From Camelus ferus (Eukaryota): a stretch of 64,000 nucleotides of DNA. Positions within the stretch are counted from its first letter, which is position 1; the number at the start of each line of letters is the position of its first letter. Of the stretch, positions 1 to 10,975 are shown piece by piece. Below the pieces are notes generated by a model. The model had not been told where the DNA came from. It searched no databases and worked only from the letters and a program-made list of their open reading frames with translations. Location of the stretch: assembly GCF_009834535.1 (NCBI RefSeq), contig NC_045699.1:74648001-74712000 (forward strand), written 5' to 3'. The translations under genes were made by a program, and so were the position numbers.

Positions 1-594
1 CCATCCAAAACTCCTTGATGGTCTGAGAAAAACAACAAACGGGGAAATCTATCTGCAACTACCTTTTACCGCAGGCAGTGGCCAAAATCCCTAACACTTA
101 AGGGTTCTTACAAGTCAGTAAAAACCCACCCGAGGGAAAATATGCCAAAGGTATGAACAGACAGTGGGTTAAAGGAAACACAAAGGCTGAAAAGCAGGTT
201 CCCCCAACCCCAAGTCCTCAAGGTTAGAGAAGGTGGTAAAAACGAACACGGCCAGGAACACAGGGACCAGGCGCCCCGGGCTGGCACCAGCTCAGGGGAC
301 CGGCCTCACACGACACGGAGCAAAGCTTCCAGGAGGACGGGCGCACTTTGACTCCCGAGGGTTCACCCTCTGAGGCCAGCTCACAGGACTCCCCAAAGTG
401 CGTTTCCAGCTGCAGAAGCCTGGAGACCCCTGGCAGCCGCCCGCAGAGCACGGGACCGAGAACTACACAGCCGTAAAAAGGAACAGAGTTCCTCCCAAAA
501 TGTCATAGTCACCACATGGCCCAGCAATCCCGCTCCTGGGTGTGTCCCCCAGAAACTGACAGCAGCGTCCCGAAGAGATGTGTGCTCACTGCAG

Positions 595-645
595 CCCGAG
601 CTGGAAGCAGCCCAGGTGCCCGAGCTGGAAGCAGCCCAGGTGCCC
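595..645. repeat. Perfect 24-bp tandem duplication
   Basis: CCCGAGCTGGAAGCAGCCCAGGTG occurs at 595-618 and 619-642, followed by CCC. Confidence 0.85.
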
Positions 646-659
646 ACCGACGGACGGCG

Positions 660-1062
660 GCATAAACAAGTGTGGCCCATCCGCACGCTGGAACGTTACT
701 CATTCTTAAAAGGGAGGAAATCCCAACACAGGCGGCAGCATGGTTGAAGGACACGAGGACATTATGTGAGTGAAACAGGCCAGTCACAAAAGGACAACTA
801 TCGTGTGATTCCACTCACACGAGGTGCAGAGGAGTCAAACTGCAGAGAAAGAAAGTAGGTGGTGGGGCCGGGGCTGGGGGCGGGGCGGGGGCGGGGGGGA
901 GTGTCTGATGGGGACAGAGGTTCCGTTTGGGAAGACGAGAAAGTTCTGGAGATGGATGGTGGGGGTGGTTGCTCAACAGCACGAATGTGCTGAGTGCCAC
1001 TGAGCCGTGCACTTAGAAGTGGTTAAGGTGGCAGATCCTAATGTTTATTCTACCACAATTTC
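660..1062 (+). mobile_element. Old L1 (L1MB-type) 3' UTR fragment in LCN6 intron 2
   Basis: The tract AAAGTTCTGGAGATGGATGGTGG...TGCCACTGAGCCGTGCACTTAGAAGTGGTTAA...TACCACAAT resembles the recalled L1MB 3' end. Subfamily not verifiable without RepeatMasker. Confidence 0.75.
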
Positions 1063-1660
1063 TAAACGTCAGCAAAGACAAAAGAGAATACAACGCTAAA
1101 AGGTTCAGAAGAGGGCAGGGACCCAGGGGCTGACAGGGAAGTGCTGTCCACGGCGTCAGACCACGCGTGTGCTCACGTGAGGCCACCCCACCCCCGCAGC
1201 ACAGCGCCCTCGCCGCCGCCTGCCCGCTCCCGCCCGCCCCACTCCCTCCAGCCGGGCGCATGATCCGCTCCACGGGTCAGAGTCAACCGAGGCTCAGCCT
1301 GATGCCACGAGCCCAACCAGACAAGCGGCCTCAGTGACCACACCCCCGGGGGATCCCATTTCCCAGAGAACCAGTGGCTCTTGGGCACAGATGCACGGCC
1401 CACTTTACCTGGGATTCAGCAGGGCCTTGCACAAAGAAGAGACCCCTCCAACCAGCCGACCGGGGACCCGGAGCAGCAGGCAGGGCGGCCAGAGGCTGCC
1501 CCTGGCCCCAGGCGAGAAGGCCTGAGTCCCACCTGGGCGCCCAGGCCAGGAGTCCGGGGATGCAGGCCCAAGAGGCCAGGCAGAGGGTGGGGCTCAGAGC
1601 AGAGCTCAGGGTGGAGGGAGGGAAGGGCGGGGACGGGGGATCTGGAGGGTGCCTCCCCAC

Positions 1661-2087
1661 CTGTGCCGGGAGGCCAGCATCTTCAGGTTGTTTTCAGGAG
1701 TGAGGGTCACCACGACCCCCTCAATGTTCTTCGTGGCCTTCTCCACCGCAAAGTCCCTTTCCCCCGAGGCCACGGCGACCACGTACCAGGACCCCAGAAG
1801 CTGATGGAGGAGGAGGGGGTAAGGCAGGCTGGTCCCTCCCACCCCTGGGCCATCCTCTGGGTCCGGGAGCCCGGGGCCCGGCAGCCCGTGTGGTCTGAGC
1901 TGGCACCACGGGGGCCCAGGAGCCATGTGGCCCCAAGGAGTCCAGGCCACTAAGACAAACATGGCCCCAGACGTGTGTGGCATGAGAGGACTGTTACCTG
2001 CTGAGGGTCCAGCCTCCCCAGCCACAATGCCTGGGCCCTGGGCACAGAGACTAGAGCCAGAAGGGCAGTCAGCAGCACGCCCGCCAT
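1661..2087 (-). CDS. LCN6: Lipocalin 6, 5' part (exons 1-2); the gene continues left of the window
   Basis: Exon 1 is 2087-1998 (MAGVLLTALLALVSVPRAQALWLGRLDPQQ, GTAAC donor). Exon 2 is 1800-1661 (140 nt, LLGSWYVVAVASGERDFAVEKATKNIEGVVVTLTPENNLKMLASRH, phase 0-2). Signal peptide and lipocalin GxW motif are present, and the sequence matches recalled human LCN6 (AQAVWLGRLDPEQLLGPWYVLAVAS). No exon 3 was found in 1-1660. Confidence 0.93.
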
Positions 2088-2165
2088 CCTCCCAGGGGTC
2101 CACGCAGCAGCGCACACACCTGGGGCCCGGCCGGCTAAGAGGTCGCTCCAGCCCCTGGAAGCCTG

Positions 2166-2171
2166 TTTATA
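2166..2171 (-). promoter_or_regulatory. LCN6 TATA box
   Basis: TATAAA on the minus strand about 80 nt upstream of the ATG at 2087. Confidence 0.7.
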
Positions 2172-3380
2172 TGGCTCTGACGCCCTGCTGTGGGCGGCCA
2201 CCAACCACCGGGACGCCATCCTGGCCTCACTTCTCATAAGGTGGCGACATTACCTGAGGCGGGGCGGAATTCACCCTCAGGTGCCAGAGAGTGGGGGGCG
2301 GGCCCTGGGGAGGGGGTGCCGAGCCCCTTCTACGTTCCTACTCCATGCCTTCCCTGATGCTCCACCCTTCCCTCCACCTGGAAGATTCCAGAACAAGCAT
2401 CCTGCTCGGAGCCGCACCATCTCCTCTCCTCCCCTCCCCGGCGGGGAGCCAACACCCCCTCGCTCAGGCTGGGGGTGCCAGAGACCCTGCTCCCCATGGG
2501 CGGCAGCCGGCCAAGGTCAAGTCTGAGGAGAGGCAGAGAACAAAGAGTTCTTCCAGAAGCCACAGTTCTGCGTATCTTTTGTTTTAATCATTAAAAATAC
2601 CAAAAGTGCCCCCCACAAATTTTCTGAGCACTCCCACCCCCTCCCACCCACTCTTCTGCTCGGCTGGCCGTGGCCTCCGGCCCCCACCGCAGCCGGCACC
2701 GGGCCCGGAATGCCCTGTTCTTTCCGCCCCTAGACCCGCTCACTCTCCGGGCAGCCTCACCCTGCTGCCCCCACCTCAGCTGGCAGGGCCCTGGCCACGT
2801 CCCCAGGGCCGCCTGGAGCGGAGGACAGAGGGCTGGGCAGGATCTGTCCGAGGCCCCGAAACCCAAAGGGAAGCAGCTGGCAGGGTCCTCCTGGGGGTGG
2901 GCGACCCTGCAAACCACACCTCCCAGCCCCCTCTGCTGGTCGGCCCCCCGGAGCTCTGGCAGGGCTTGGAAGGCGAGGAAAAGGGCAGACACCGGTCCCG
3001 CCAGGCCTTGCTCCCCAGGAGGGGCCTCCGACAAGCCAGCACCCCGCCCTGCTGAGGAGGTGAGCCACGCGGGAAAGGTGACAAAGGTGGGCTCGCAGGC
3101 CACAGACTTGCCGCGAAGCCTTCCGCTGCCTCGCGCCCGAGAGCCGCAGCCTGAGCTCGGGCTGGGACAGTCCCTGGTGCGAAGGGACAGTGAAAGGAAA
3201 GCATGGCCCAGAAGTCACATGAGCCTTTCCCACTGTTTTTGTGAGTTCAGTTTCCTGAGGAAGAACACTTGGGAGACAAAGACAAGGCGCGCGAGAAGCA
3301 GCAGAAAGGACGGATGCTGGAAGCGGACCCGCCGAGGCTTCCTGCGCTGCAGCCAGGCAGGCTGCCGGCCCGCGGGAATC

Positions 3381-3695
3381 GTGCAGCAAAAACCCACAGA
3401 CTGTGGCGTATACACAACGGACATTTACTTCTCACAGTCCTGGACGCTGGACGCGCAAGAGCAGGGAGCCAGCCTGGCCACGTGAGGTCTTCTGGGTCGA
3501 GACTCCTTGCTGTGTCCTCGCGTGGGGGAGGGGGAGGGGGAGGGAGCTCCGGGGTTGCTTTTGTAAGGGGCCTCGGGACTGCATCTCCTGCCCGAGGCCC
3601 CACCTCCCAACCCATCGCATCAGGGGTTGGGATGTCAGCTCCTGACGTTGGCGGGGGCGCGGGGGGGGGGGGGGACACAGACGTTCAGACCACAG
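3381..3695 (-). mobile_element. MLT1 (ERVL-MaLR) LTR fragment
   Basis: CAAAAACCCACAGACTG...ACATTTACTTCTCACAGTCCTGG...GCTGTGTCCTC...GGCCCCACCTCC...GGGGGACACAGACGTTCAGACCA matches the reverse-complement MLT1 pattern as recalled. Confidence 0.8.
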
Positions 3696-3807
3696 GATAG
3701 ACTGAGCACAGCTAGGACCGCTCTGCTTAACCAGGTGAGACCCACGTCTGAAATTGTACTGTAGTTTTGTAACACTCTAAACTATAAAAACTATAAAAAG
3801 CAGCGTA

Positions 3808-3966
3808 GGGGAGGGTCTAGCTCAGTGGTGGAGTGCGTGCCTCGCCTGCCGAAGGTCCTGGGTTTAACCCCAGTACCTCTGTTTTAAAAAATAGACGAAT
3901 AAATGAAGCTAAAAGTACCCCCCCTTCATTAACAAACAAAAAAGGAAAAAATAAAGTTAAAAAGGA
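3808..3966 (+). mobile_element. tRNA-derived SINE, camelid vic-1 type
   Basis: GGGGAGGGTCTAGCTCAGTGG (A box), GGTCCTGGGTTTAACCCCAGTACCTC (B-box-like), then an A-rich tail. No tRNA acceptor stem closure. Confidence 0.8.
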
Positions 3967-4288
3967 AACAAACAACAAGGTGGTGTAGATAAAGGACATC
4001 TGCGTGACCTAAGGTAGTGACCATTATTAAAGCAAATTCTCTGCACAATCTTCCAAAAAGGGAAAAAGCGACCACACAAACCATGAATAGAAACCTCACA
4101 CTTTCTGTAAAAACACGAAAGGCCACCAGAGGTCGCTCTCAAGCCCCCGTCTCGAGACTCCACGGACAATTGCGAAGGGAGATGGAACCCGCAGGGGCGA
4201 GGGGAGGCAGGCGAGCCCCAAAGTCTGAGCTGAAACAGACCCCGGAGGAAATTTGCTCTGACCGCAGAATTGCCACAAGGACACGGAT

Positions 4289-4650
4289 GGACGGGGTGCG
4301 GCCGGCAGGACGGGGCGCTGGCGCAGGACGGGGCGCGGGCGGCAGGACGGGGTGCGGGCGGCAGGACGGGGCGCGGGGCGGCCAGGACGGGGCGCGGGCG
4401 GCAGGACGGGGCGGGGCGGCAGGACGGGGCGCGGGGCGGCAGGACGGGGCGCGGGCGCAGGACGGGGCGCGGGCGGCCGGACGGGGCGCGGGCCGGCAGG
4501 AGGGGGCGCGGGCCGGCCGGACGGGGCGCGGGCGGCAGGACGGGGCGCGGGCCGGCAGGAGGGGGCGCGGGCCGGCAGGAGGGGGCGCAGCCGGCCGGAC
4601 GGGGCGCGGGCCGCAGGGGGCGCGGGCGGCAGGACGGGCGCGGGCGGCAG
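4289..4650. repeat. GC-rich minisatellite, ~19-bp unit (GGACGGGGCGCGGGCGGCA), about 19 degenerate copies
   Basis: Directly visible tandem units. It produces low-complexity stop-free ORFs in several frames. Confidence 0.92.
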
Positions 4651-5246
4651 CCTGGGGAAGGCAGCACTTCCGGGAGAGGGGAGACTTGGCAAGCGCCCGG
4701 GGGCCTTTCCAGCCTGCGGATAGGGAGTTTAAAACCGCCTATGAACGTGGGGTCCGTCAAGGCAGAGCGGAGCAAACTTCACACACACACCAGCGGCTAA
4801 AACTGCCACCCACTGAAGGGCATTTTCTGCACTCCCTTTAGTGGATGCACAAGGACTGGGATCTTGTTAGGAGCCAGAAGTGCCAGCCCCGTCTGGGACA
4901 CGAACACACTTAAGCAGTCTTACACTTGGCTGCTAGAAGAAGAAACCAAAACAAGAGTAAAAACAGGCCATCGGTGGGAAATCCCACCATGGGGAGGGCG
5001 GGGAGGCGTGGAAAACAAGAAAACTGAATTAAATAGGCTACAGGTTTGAAAGGCATTAAAAGAACGTCTTGAAAGTTTTTTTTTTAAGTAACTAAGCAGA
5101 AATGAGCAAAAAGAGGGAAAAATTGAATAAGAGCTGATTGGGCTCAGGAAACAAATTGAATTTTGGAATTCACTGAAAAAGAAAAATTCTTCCGAGTTTC
5201 CAGGCAAAATGATCAGGTTTCCAGACGCTCACTGCTAGATGTGAAG

Positions 5247-5436
5247 CAGATAAACAACGAGAGCCTCCAGAGAGCATAGAGAACTACACTCTATATCTCA
5301 TAATAAACTGTAGTGAAAAAGAATATGGAAAAGTATGCATGTGTGTAACTGAATCACGTTGCTGTACACCAGAAATTAACACAACATTGTCAGTCAACTA
5401 TACTTCAGTTTAAAAATTTACAAAAAGAAAAAAAAA
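5247..5436 (+). mobile_element. Younger L1 3' tail (artiodactyl/camelid type)
   Basis: GAAAAAGAATATGGAAAAG...AACTGAATCACGTTGCTGTACACCAGAAATTAACACAACATTGT...CAACTATACTTCA followed by an A-rich tail. Confidence 0.8.
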
Positions 5437-5611
5437 TCAAGTTTCTTTCAAGGGTGAGAGAAATTAACTGAGTCAAACTTTCAAGAGCAAAATACGAGGC
5501 AAAGCCAGCAGAGATCGCTAATAGCAGCAGAAGTGCGCCCGCCGCTCTCAGCAAGGCCGGGCTAACGCCCCCTGCAGGCGAGGACGAAGAAGGCCTGAGA
5601 AACCAGAAGGC

Positions 5612-5766
5612 GGGGGAGGGTACAGCTCAGCGGCAGAGCCTGCGCTTAGCCTGCCCAAGGTCCTCGGTTCGATTCCCAGTACCTCCATAAAAAATAAAAT
5701 AAAAATTAATTTTAAAATACATAAGAGAAACCTAATTACTCCCCCCACCAAAAAAGAAAAAAAAAA
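5612..5766 (+). mobile_element. tRNA-derived SINE, vic-1 type
   Basis: GGGGGAGGGTACAGCTCAGCGG...GGTCCTCGGTTCGATTCCCAGTACCTCC...AAACCTAATTACTCCCCCC plus A tail. Confidence 0.85.
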
Positions 5767-6027
5767 CCACGAGGCGGATCTTGAGGGTTTACATTTGATT
5801 GTACACCTTGACAGCAGGCAGTGACACGTGCACAAAATGGATTGGCCACAAAGAAGTGTCAGTAAACTCCATGAAGTAGAAGGTACAACAAACAGCCTCC
5901 TTTGACCCCAATACAGCAAAGTTCGGGGGTTTTTTTAATGTCTATTTTATTTTTTAAAAAATACTCTTGGATGAAAGGAAAAATACAAACTGAAATGACA
6001 GAATCCCTTTAAAATAAACACAGCAGA

Positions 6028-6180
6028 GGGGAGAGTGTATAGCTCAGGGGTAGAGTGGGTGCCCAAGGTCCTGGGTTCAATCCCTGGTACCTCCATCAAA
6101 ATAAATAAGTAAGTAAAAACCTAATTACCTCCCCCCAAAACAAAATTAAAAATAAATAAAAGAAAAGAAACATAATAAAA
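6028..6180 (+). mobile_element. tRNA-derived SINE, vic-1 type
   Basis: GGGGAGAGTGTATAGCTCAGGGG...GGTCCTGGGTTCAATCCCTGGTACCTCC...AAACCTAATTACCTCCCCCC plus A tail. Same internal segment as the copy at 5612. Confidence 0.85.
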
Positions 6181-7860
6181 ACGCCATACACAACGGGGCC
6201 AGGGACCGTCACCGCCTTAAACGCTCCCACCACTAGAAATGGAAGAATGAACATAAATGCCTTAAATTCCCCACTCAAGCAGCCAGACAGGGAGCAACGA
6301 AGTAAAGCACAGGAAATCAGGAGGGAGGCCGTAAAAGTGGGAAGTAACAGAGAACGGAGGACAGCAGGCGTCATCAGCGAACCAAGGGCCTCGCCCGTGG
6401 GAAAACTGACGGAATTTTTCTGTTAATTTACAGAATTATTAACAGAACTGTTACTGTTATTTTAAAGAATAAAAGAATTTACTAACAAATAAGGAAACAC
6501 TGAGGAGACCACAGATCCGTGAAGTAAGAAATGACAAAAGGGAGGGAAATGATCTCTGGGACAGAAGGAAAAAAAAGTTTCATCAACAGAAGGTACCTGG
6601 CTGACCTCTGAGCAGATAACTTTGAAGTCCTGGATGAACTGGGTAATTTTACAGGGAAATTCAGTTTGCCAGAATTTACCCTATTAGACCGATAGGTAGG
6701 AAGGGGGAGAGAGAGAGTGGATGCACAAATAAGTAGTTGGGTGAATTGGTTATCTGGAGTCAGGGCCTAAAAGAGGAGCCACGCTTAGGCGAGGTCAGGA
6801 GGCCAGGTCTGGGCCGGGGACGCTGGCGCCCGCGGACGAGGAAGGACATCTGTGCGCAGAGGAGACGCGGCAGGGGGGCCACCATCCACAAGCTGGGAGG
6901 AGAAACCCTGCCGGAAACCCTGACCTGCAGCCTCCAGAAACATGGCAACATTAACTGGCTTGGGTTTATTTTGCAGGCTGTGTTGCAGCCCCCTGAGCAG
7001 GATTCCCAGGGCCTTCCCTCGGGAAGCCCAGCTGAGGGAGGTGGCCTTGGCAGGACGGACCTGGGGGAAGTTCCAGGTGTCCCCCAAACACCTCTGATGT
7101 GTCAGAAGGCACCCTCCAAACATCTCTTCTGTGGGTCTTTGGGGACTCGGTTCAGGATTTGCTCAGGCGAGTCCTGGGCAGGCGCTCCCCTCGGGGCTGG
7201 TCCTTCCTCCTGCAGGCCTTTCTGACGGCTGGCAGGGTGCCTGAGGGTCCCAGTCCCCCAGCTTGCACACGGGTAGGGGGCTGTGCTCAGAACCTCAGTG
7301 CTGACCCCCCAGGTTGTCTGCCCTGACCCAGACACCCTTTCTGCCCTCCAGTCCCAGCCGATGGAAGAAAACGGAGTGAGCACACAGCCACAGTGCAGGT
7401 CGGGGGTGAGAGAGTGCAGGGTGGGCCTGGACGCTCAGTAGGGCTGGGCTGACCAGCAGGGGGCGGGAGGGGCGGCCACGGCCCAGGGCCTTGGGCCCAG
7501 TGCCCGTGGGTTTGAGTTTGGGGCAACAGGAAGCCACGGGAGAAGGTAGACAGGCGCCAATGTGGCCACTTTCACTGGCAGGACCTCTGCTCAAGGCACC
7601 CTGGCCTGGGGCTGCCTGGAAAGAGACTAGGGTGAGGATGATGGTGGGGTCCCCGCGTGGGGCAGCCTGGCCCACAGGCTTTCAGAAGGGCAGGGCCAGG
7701 TGGAAAGGGAAGGGAGCCAGCCTGGATTGGGACCCACACCACCCAAGAGTCAGGTTTGGTGCCATTTCTAGGGCGGTCACAGAAAACACGCCCCAACCAC
7801 CCCCACCCGGCACTCTTTGCGCCCCAGGAAAGACGCGGGGCCATGGGGTCGGCAGTCGGC

Positions 7861-7866
7861 TTTATT
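7861..7866 (-). terminator. LCN8 polyadenylation signal
   Basis: AATAAA on the minus strand about 92 nt after the TAG at 7958-7960. Confidence 0.75.
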
Positions 7867-7957
7867 CGGAGCAGGTGCAGGCGGCCCCCCAGGGCAGGGT
7901 GGCCAGGGGAGGCTGGGTGGGCGGGGCTCCGAGCATCCTGGCTGGGGCGGGGCTTCT

Positions 7958-10930
7958 CTAGATCAGCTCCTGGACACAGAAGGGCGGAGCCTCAGGGCAC
8001 TACCTGGCCCCCAAGCCCCCCACCACCGAGAGGCAGCGGTTGGGGCCACAGCCAGGAGTGGGTGTCCCGGCTGCACGGCCTGGGCCTGTCTCTCTACCTG
8101 CAAAGCAGGATAACAGCCCCAACCCCTCGGGACCATTGAGACAGAGGGGGCCCTCCAGCTGGTGGGCTAGGCTAGCACAGTGAGGGGCCCGGGGAGCCCG
8201 AGACAGGGCCCACAGTGCCCTGCTGGACGGAAGCGGAGGACAAGGGCCAGCCTCCTCCCTCCCCGCCCAGCCCTGCCCTCACGCCCCAGCTGCCAGTGTC
8301 CCCTCCTGGCCGCCTGTCACCAGCCTGGAGGCCCAGGATCTAGAGCGAGCCAGGGCCCCCATCAGGCGGGGACTCAGGCCGAGGGCTCAGCACAGACCTG
8401 GGCGCAGGCTCACCTCCTTCAGGAGCTTGGCACACCTCCCTGTGGGACAGGACAGCGTGAGGGGCTGTGGGGTGGGTGCCCGGGCCCCACCAGTGGGGTC
8501 CCTAGCCCAGTGCCCACCCCAAAGGCCCGGGACTTACCGTACCGGGCCACCAGGTACAGCCCCGTGTCTGCTGTCAGCTCCCGGAACCTCCAGAAGCCTG
8601 GCTCATACTCGCCCTCAAGGCTCCGAGCTGTGGGGGGCACAGGGGCCTGAGCCAGGTGGTCCCCAGGAGGGCAGCAGCAGCCCAGCCCCCCACCCCAGGG
8701 GGAACTTACTGAAATACTTCAGCACGTGGAATTCTTTGCCCTGCCAGTGAAGGGACACCCTCAGGATGGCGTACTGCTCGTAGTCTGTGTCTATGACGTG
8801 GATCTCCCTGTGGCCTGGGGGAGGAAGCAGGAGGGACAGACATGGGCAGACAGGCCCCTTCTCGGGCTTGGCAGACCTCGGCGGCCAGGGTCTGCAGGGC
8901 CTGACCCCACGCTCTCGCCACCCCGTGCCCAGCCCCTCCTGTGATGCCAGGGTGGAGAAAGGAGGACTAGAGCGACCCCAGAAGGCTGCCCCGGGGGCTG
9001 GGGGAGATGGGTGTCTGGGGCACGAGGAGGCGCGCAGGGGGCAGCGCAGGGAGCGGCGAGGCCGTGTGCAGGGCCAGAGGGTGGTAACCACAACCAGGAA
9101 ACGGCTCTTACCAGGGAAAACAAATTTCCCCGAAACGTCTATTTCTGAGCTCACTATTTCTTCAGTCTCACAGCTGCCTGAGCTGGAAGGCAGTAGAAGG
9201 GCTCATTATGAAAACGCCAGCCTGCGTTCCTTCTGCCGGGCGCACTCCCGGCGGTGGCGGGAGGGGGACCGTGTCTTTGGGAAGGGCTCTGGCAGCGTGT
9301 CTGTCCCCAGGAGAGCCTGGAGCAGGATGAGGAGGGCAAAGGTACAGGCTGGGACCATGCCAGCCTCTCACCCAAGGGCTCCGTGACCTCCAGAGAACCA
9401 GCTACCACTAAGTCCACTTTCCTTTCTTGTAAACTGACGGGGTTTCATCAAGACTGTCCTTTCTTTTGGAGAAGATGGAGGTGGAGGAGCAGATCTACAG
9501 CTGGCAGCTCTGGGAGCCTGGGGGTCTGGAGCACCAAGTGACAACAATGACCACATTCACGGCTGCTCCGGGAACCGGCCACATGTGCCTGCCCCCACCA
9601 CTCCACCCCCACGGAGCCCCCAGGAGCCTCCGGCTGCTTACCTGTTATATGCGACCTTTACAGTCAGCTCCTCCCCACTCAAGGTCAGGAACAAGGCCTC
9701 CAGCCTCTTAGGGGTCTTCAGTGCCAGGTTTTGGCTGGAGGCCACACCAACTTCCCTCCAGAATCCTGCAATCTAAAGAAAGAAGCCGGAGCCAAGCCCG
9801 TCTCGGGCAGCCAGACAGAGACCCCATCCCTGGGCCTCAAAGAGGCAGACCCTCCCCTGGCCCTGGACCCCCCAGGCCAGGAGCTGGCAGGCTCTGAAAG
9901 GTCAGCGGACGGCCGCAAGGCTCGGTAGCAAACAGCACGTTGTCGGCCTTCGGAGGGGCCTCTTCCGGCCGTCAGACAGCCGGGCCGACAGGGCGCGCCC
10001 CTCCCTGAGCAGCCCTGTCTGCAGCTGCCACGGGGCCGGCCCCAGTCCCCAAGCAGACCCAGTCCCTGCTGCTGCCGGGCCTTGGGGACAGGACTGCAGC
10101 GGCAGTGGTGGTGGGAGCCTGAGAGAGGGCAGCAGGAGAGGGCCAGCCGAACGCGAAACGCGCCCGGGAGCAGCGGCCAGCAGCCCCGCCCCCAGGGAGG
10201 AGGCCCCGCTCTGCCCGGTCACGTGCGGATGGGGCTCCTGCCTCCAAAAACTGACCCCCCACAGAGCCCAGCACGTCCATCCAAATTTTTTGGAAACTGA
10301 TCATTTTTGCAAAAGAAATGAACCTGTGTCCCAACACCCGTCGCCTCTGAGGCTGCCGACGTGTCCGGGCCCCGTAGCCGGCAGGCCCGGCAAAGAAGCA
10401 ACTGGGTGGAAACCAAAGCCCCCAGCCAAGGGCTCCACACCTGGAAAGCCTCCAGTTCCCACGGCGTGCGGGGTCGGAGGGCGCAGGAGGCTCCCACCCG
10501 CCCAGGAGCAGGAGGTGGCCGTGCTGAGCCCCACGCCCTGGAGACCCTGCAGGGCCTGCTGGCTTGGCCGAGGATGTAAGCCTGCCCCCAGGAGGCCCTG
10601 AAGAGGGTGCTGCCCCTGCCCGTCCGTGGGCACTCGCCTCACACCCACTCACCAGGAGAGGAGACCCCCGGCAGGGCTGAACTCAGAGCCTCAGCCACCT
10701 GCCCTTGCAGGGCCGCCCTGGGTGGGGCCTGGGGCCCCAGCGTAGCTACCCCGGCATCCCTGGGAGTGGAGGGACAGGGCACCAGAGCAGCTGGACGCTT
10801 GGGCCCCTCCCTGCCCATCCTCCCCAAGCCAAGAAAGACAAGCCACCTTCTGCAGGTCCAGGTCCTGCGTGGTCATCTCCACCTGCACCAGGGTGATGGC
10901 CAGGATGGCGCTCAGCAGCCCGGCCTCCAT
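7958..10930 (-). CDS. LCN8: Epididymal-specific lipocalin 8, complete, 172 aa
   Basis: Exons 10930-10847, 9772-9642, 9182-9112, 8814-8710, 8627-8538, 8439-8414, 7969-7958 total 519 nt, all GT-AG. Translation: MEAGLLSAILAITLVQVEMTTQDLDLQK|IAGFWREVGVASSQ...AYNS|SGSCETEEIV...FVFPG|HREIHVIDTDYEQYAIL...KYFT|RSLEGEYEPGFWRFRELTADTGLYLVARYG|RCAKLLKE|ELI*. GxW and TDY motifs and the two disulfide Cys are present; matches recalled LCN8. Confidence 0.95.
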
Positions 10931-10975
10931 GGAGGGTCTGTGCTCCAGGCTCCTGTGCCCTCCCAGGTCTCTGGG

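Larger units (their letters stand above)
3967..6690 (+). mobile_element. Decayed old L1 (5' region, ORF1 and start of ORF2 remnants) interrupted by younger insertions and a VNTR
   Basis: A-rich plus strand with recognisable L1 motifs: GGATAGGGAGTTTAAAAC (~4718), AAATGCCTTAAATTCCCCACTCAAG (~6254), GGATGAACTGGGTAATTTTACAGGGAAA (~6632). No intact ORF. Confidence 0.6.

Noticed and set aside
2088-2237. N-terminal extension of LCN6 from ORF 1950-2237
   Set aside because: The upstream start lies 5' of the TATA box at 2166-2171, so it is outside the expected transcript, and it would bury the signal peptide.
3075-3115. KVGSQATDL on the plus strand resembling the lipocalin xATDY motif
   Set aside because: Wrong strand for the cluster, no flanking splice sites, and no other matching exon.
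3808-3880. tRNA-like sequences at the heads of the SINE copies
   Set aside because: They have A and B boxes but no closed cloverleaf, and they continue into a shared SINE body and A tail. They are retroposons, not tRNA genes.
3957-4841. Several 120-270 aa ORFs on both strands
   Set aside because: They are translations of the 19-bp GC minisatellite, low-complexity Gly/Arg/Ala/Pro with no splice or promoter support.
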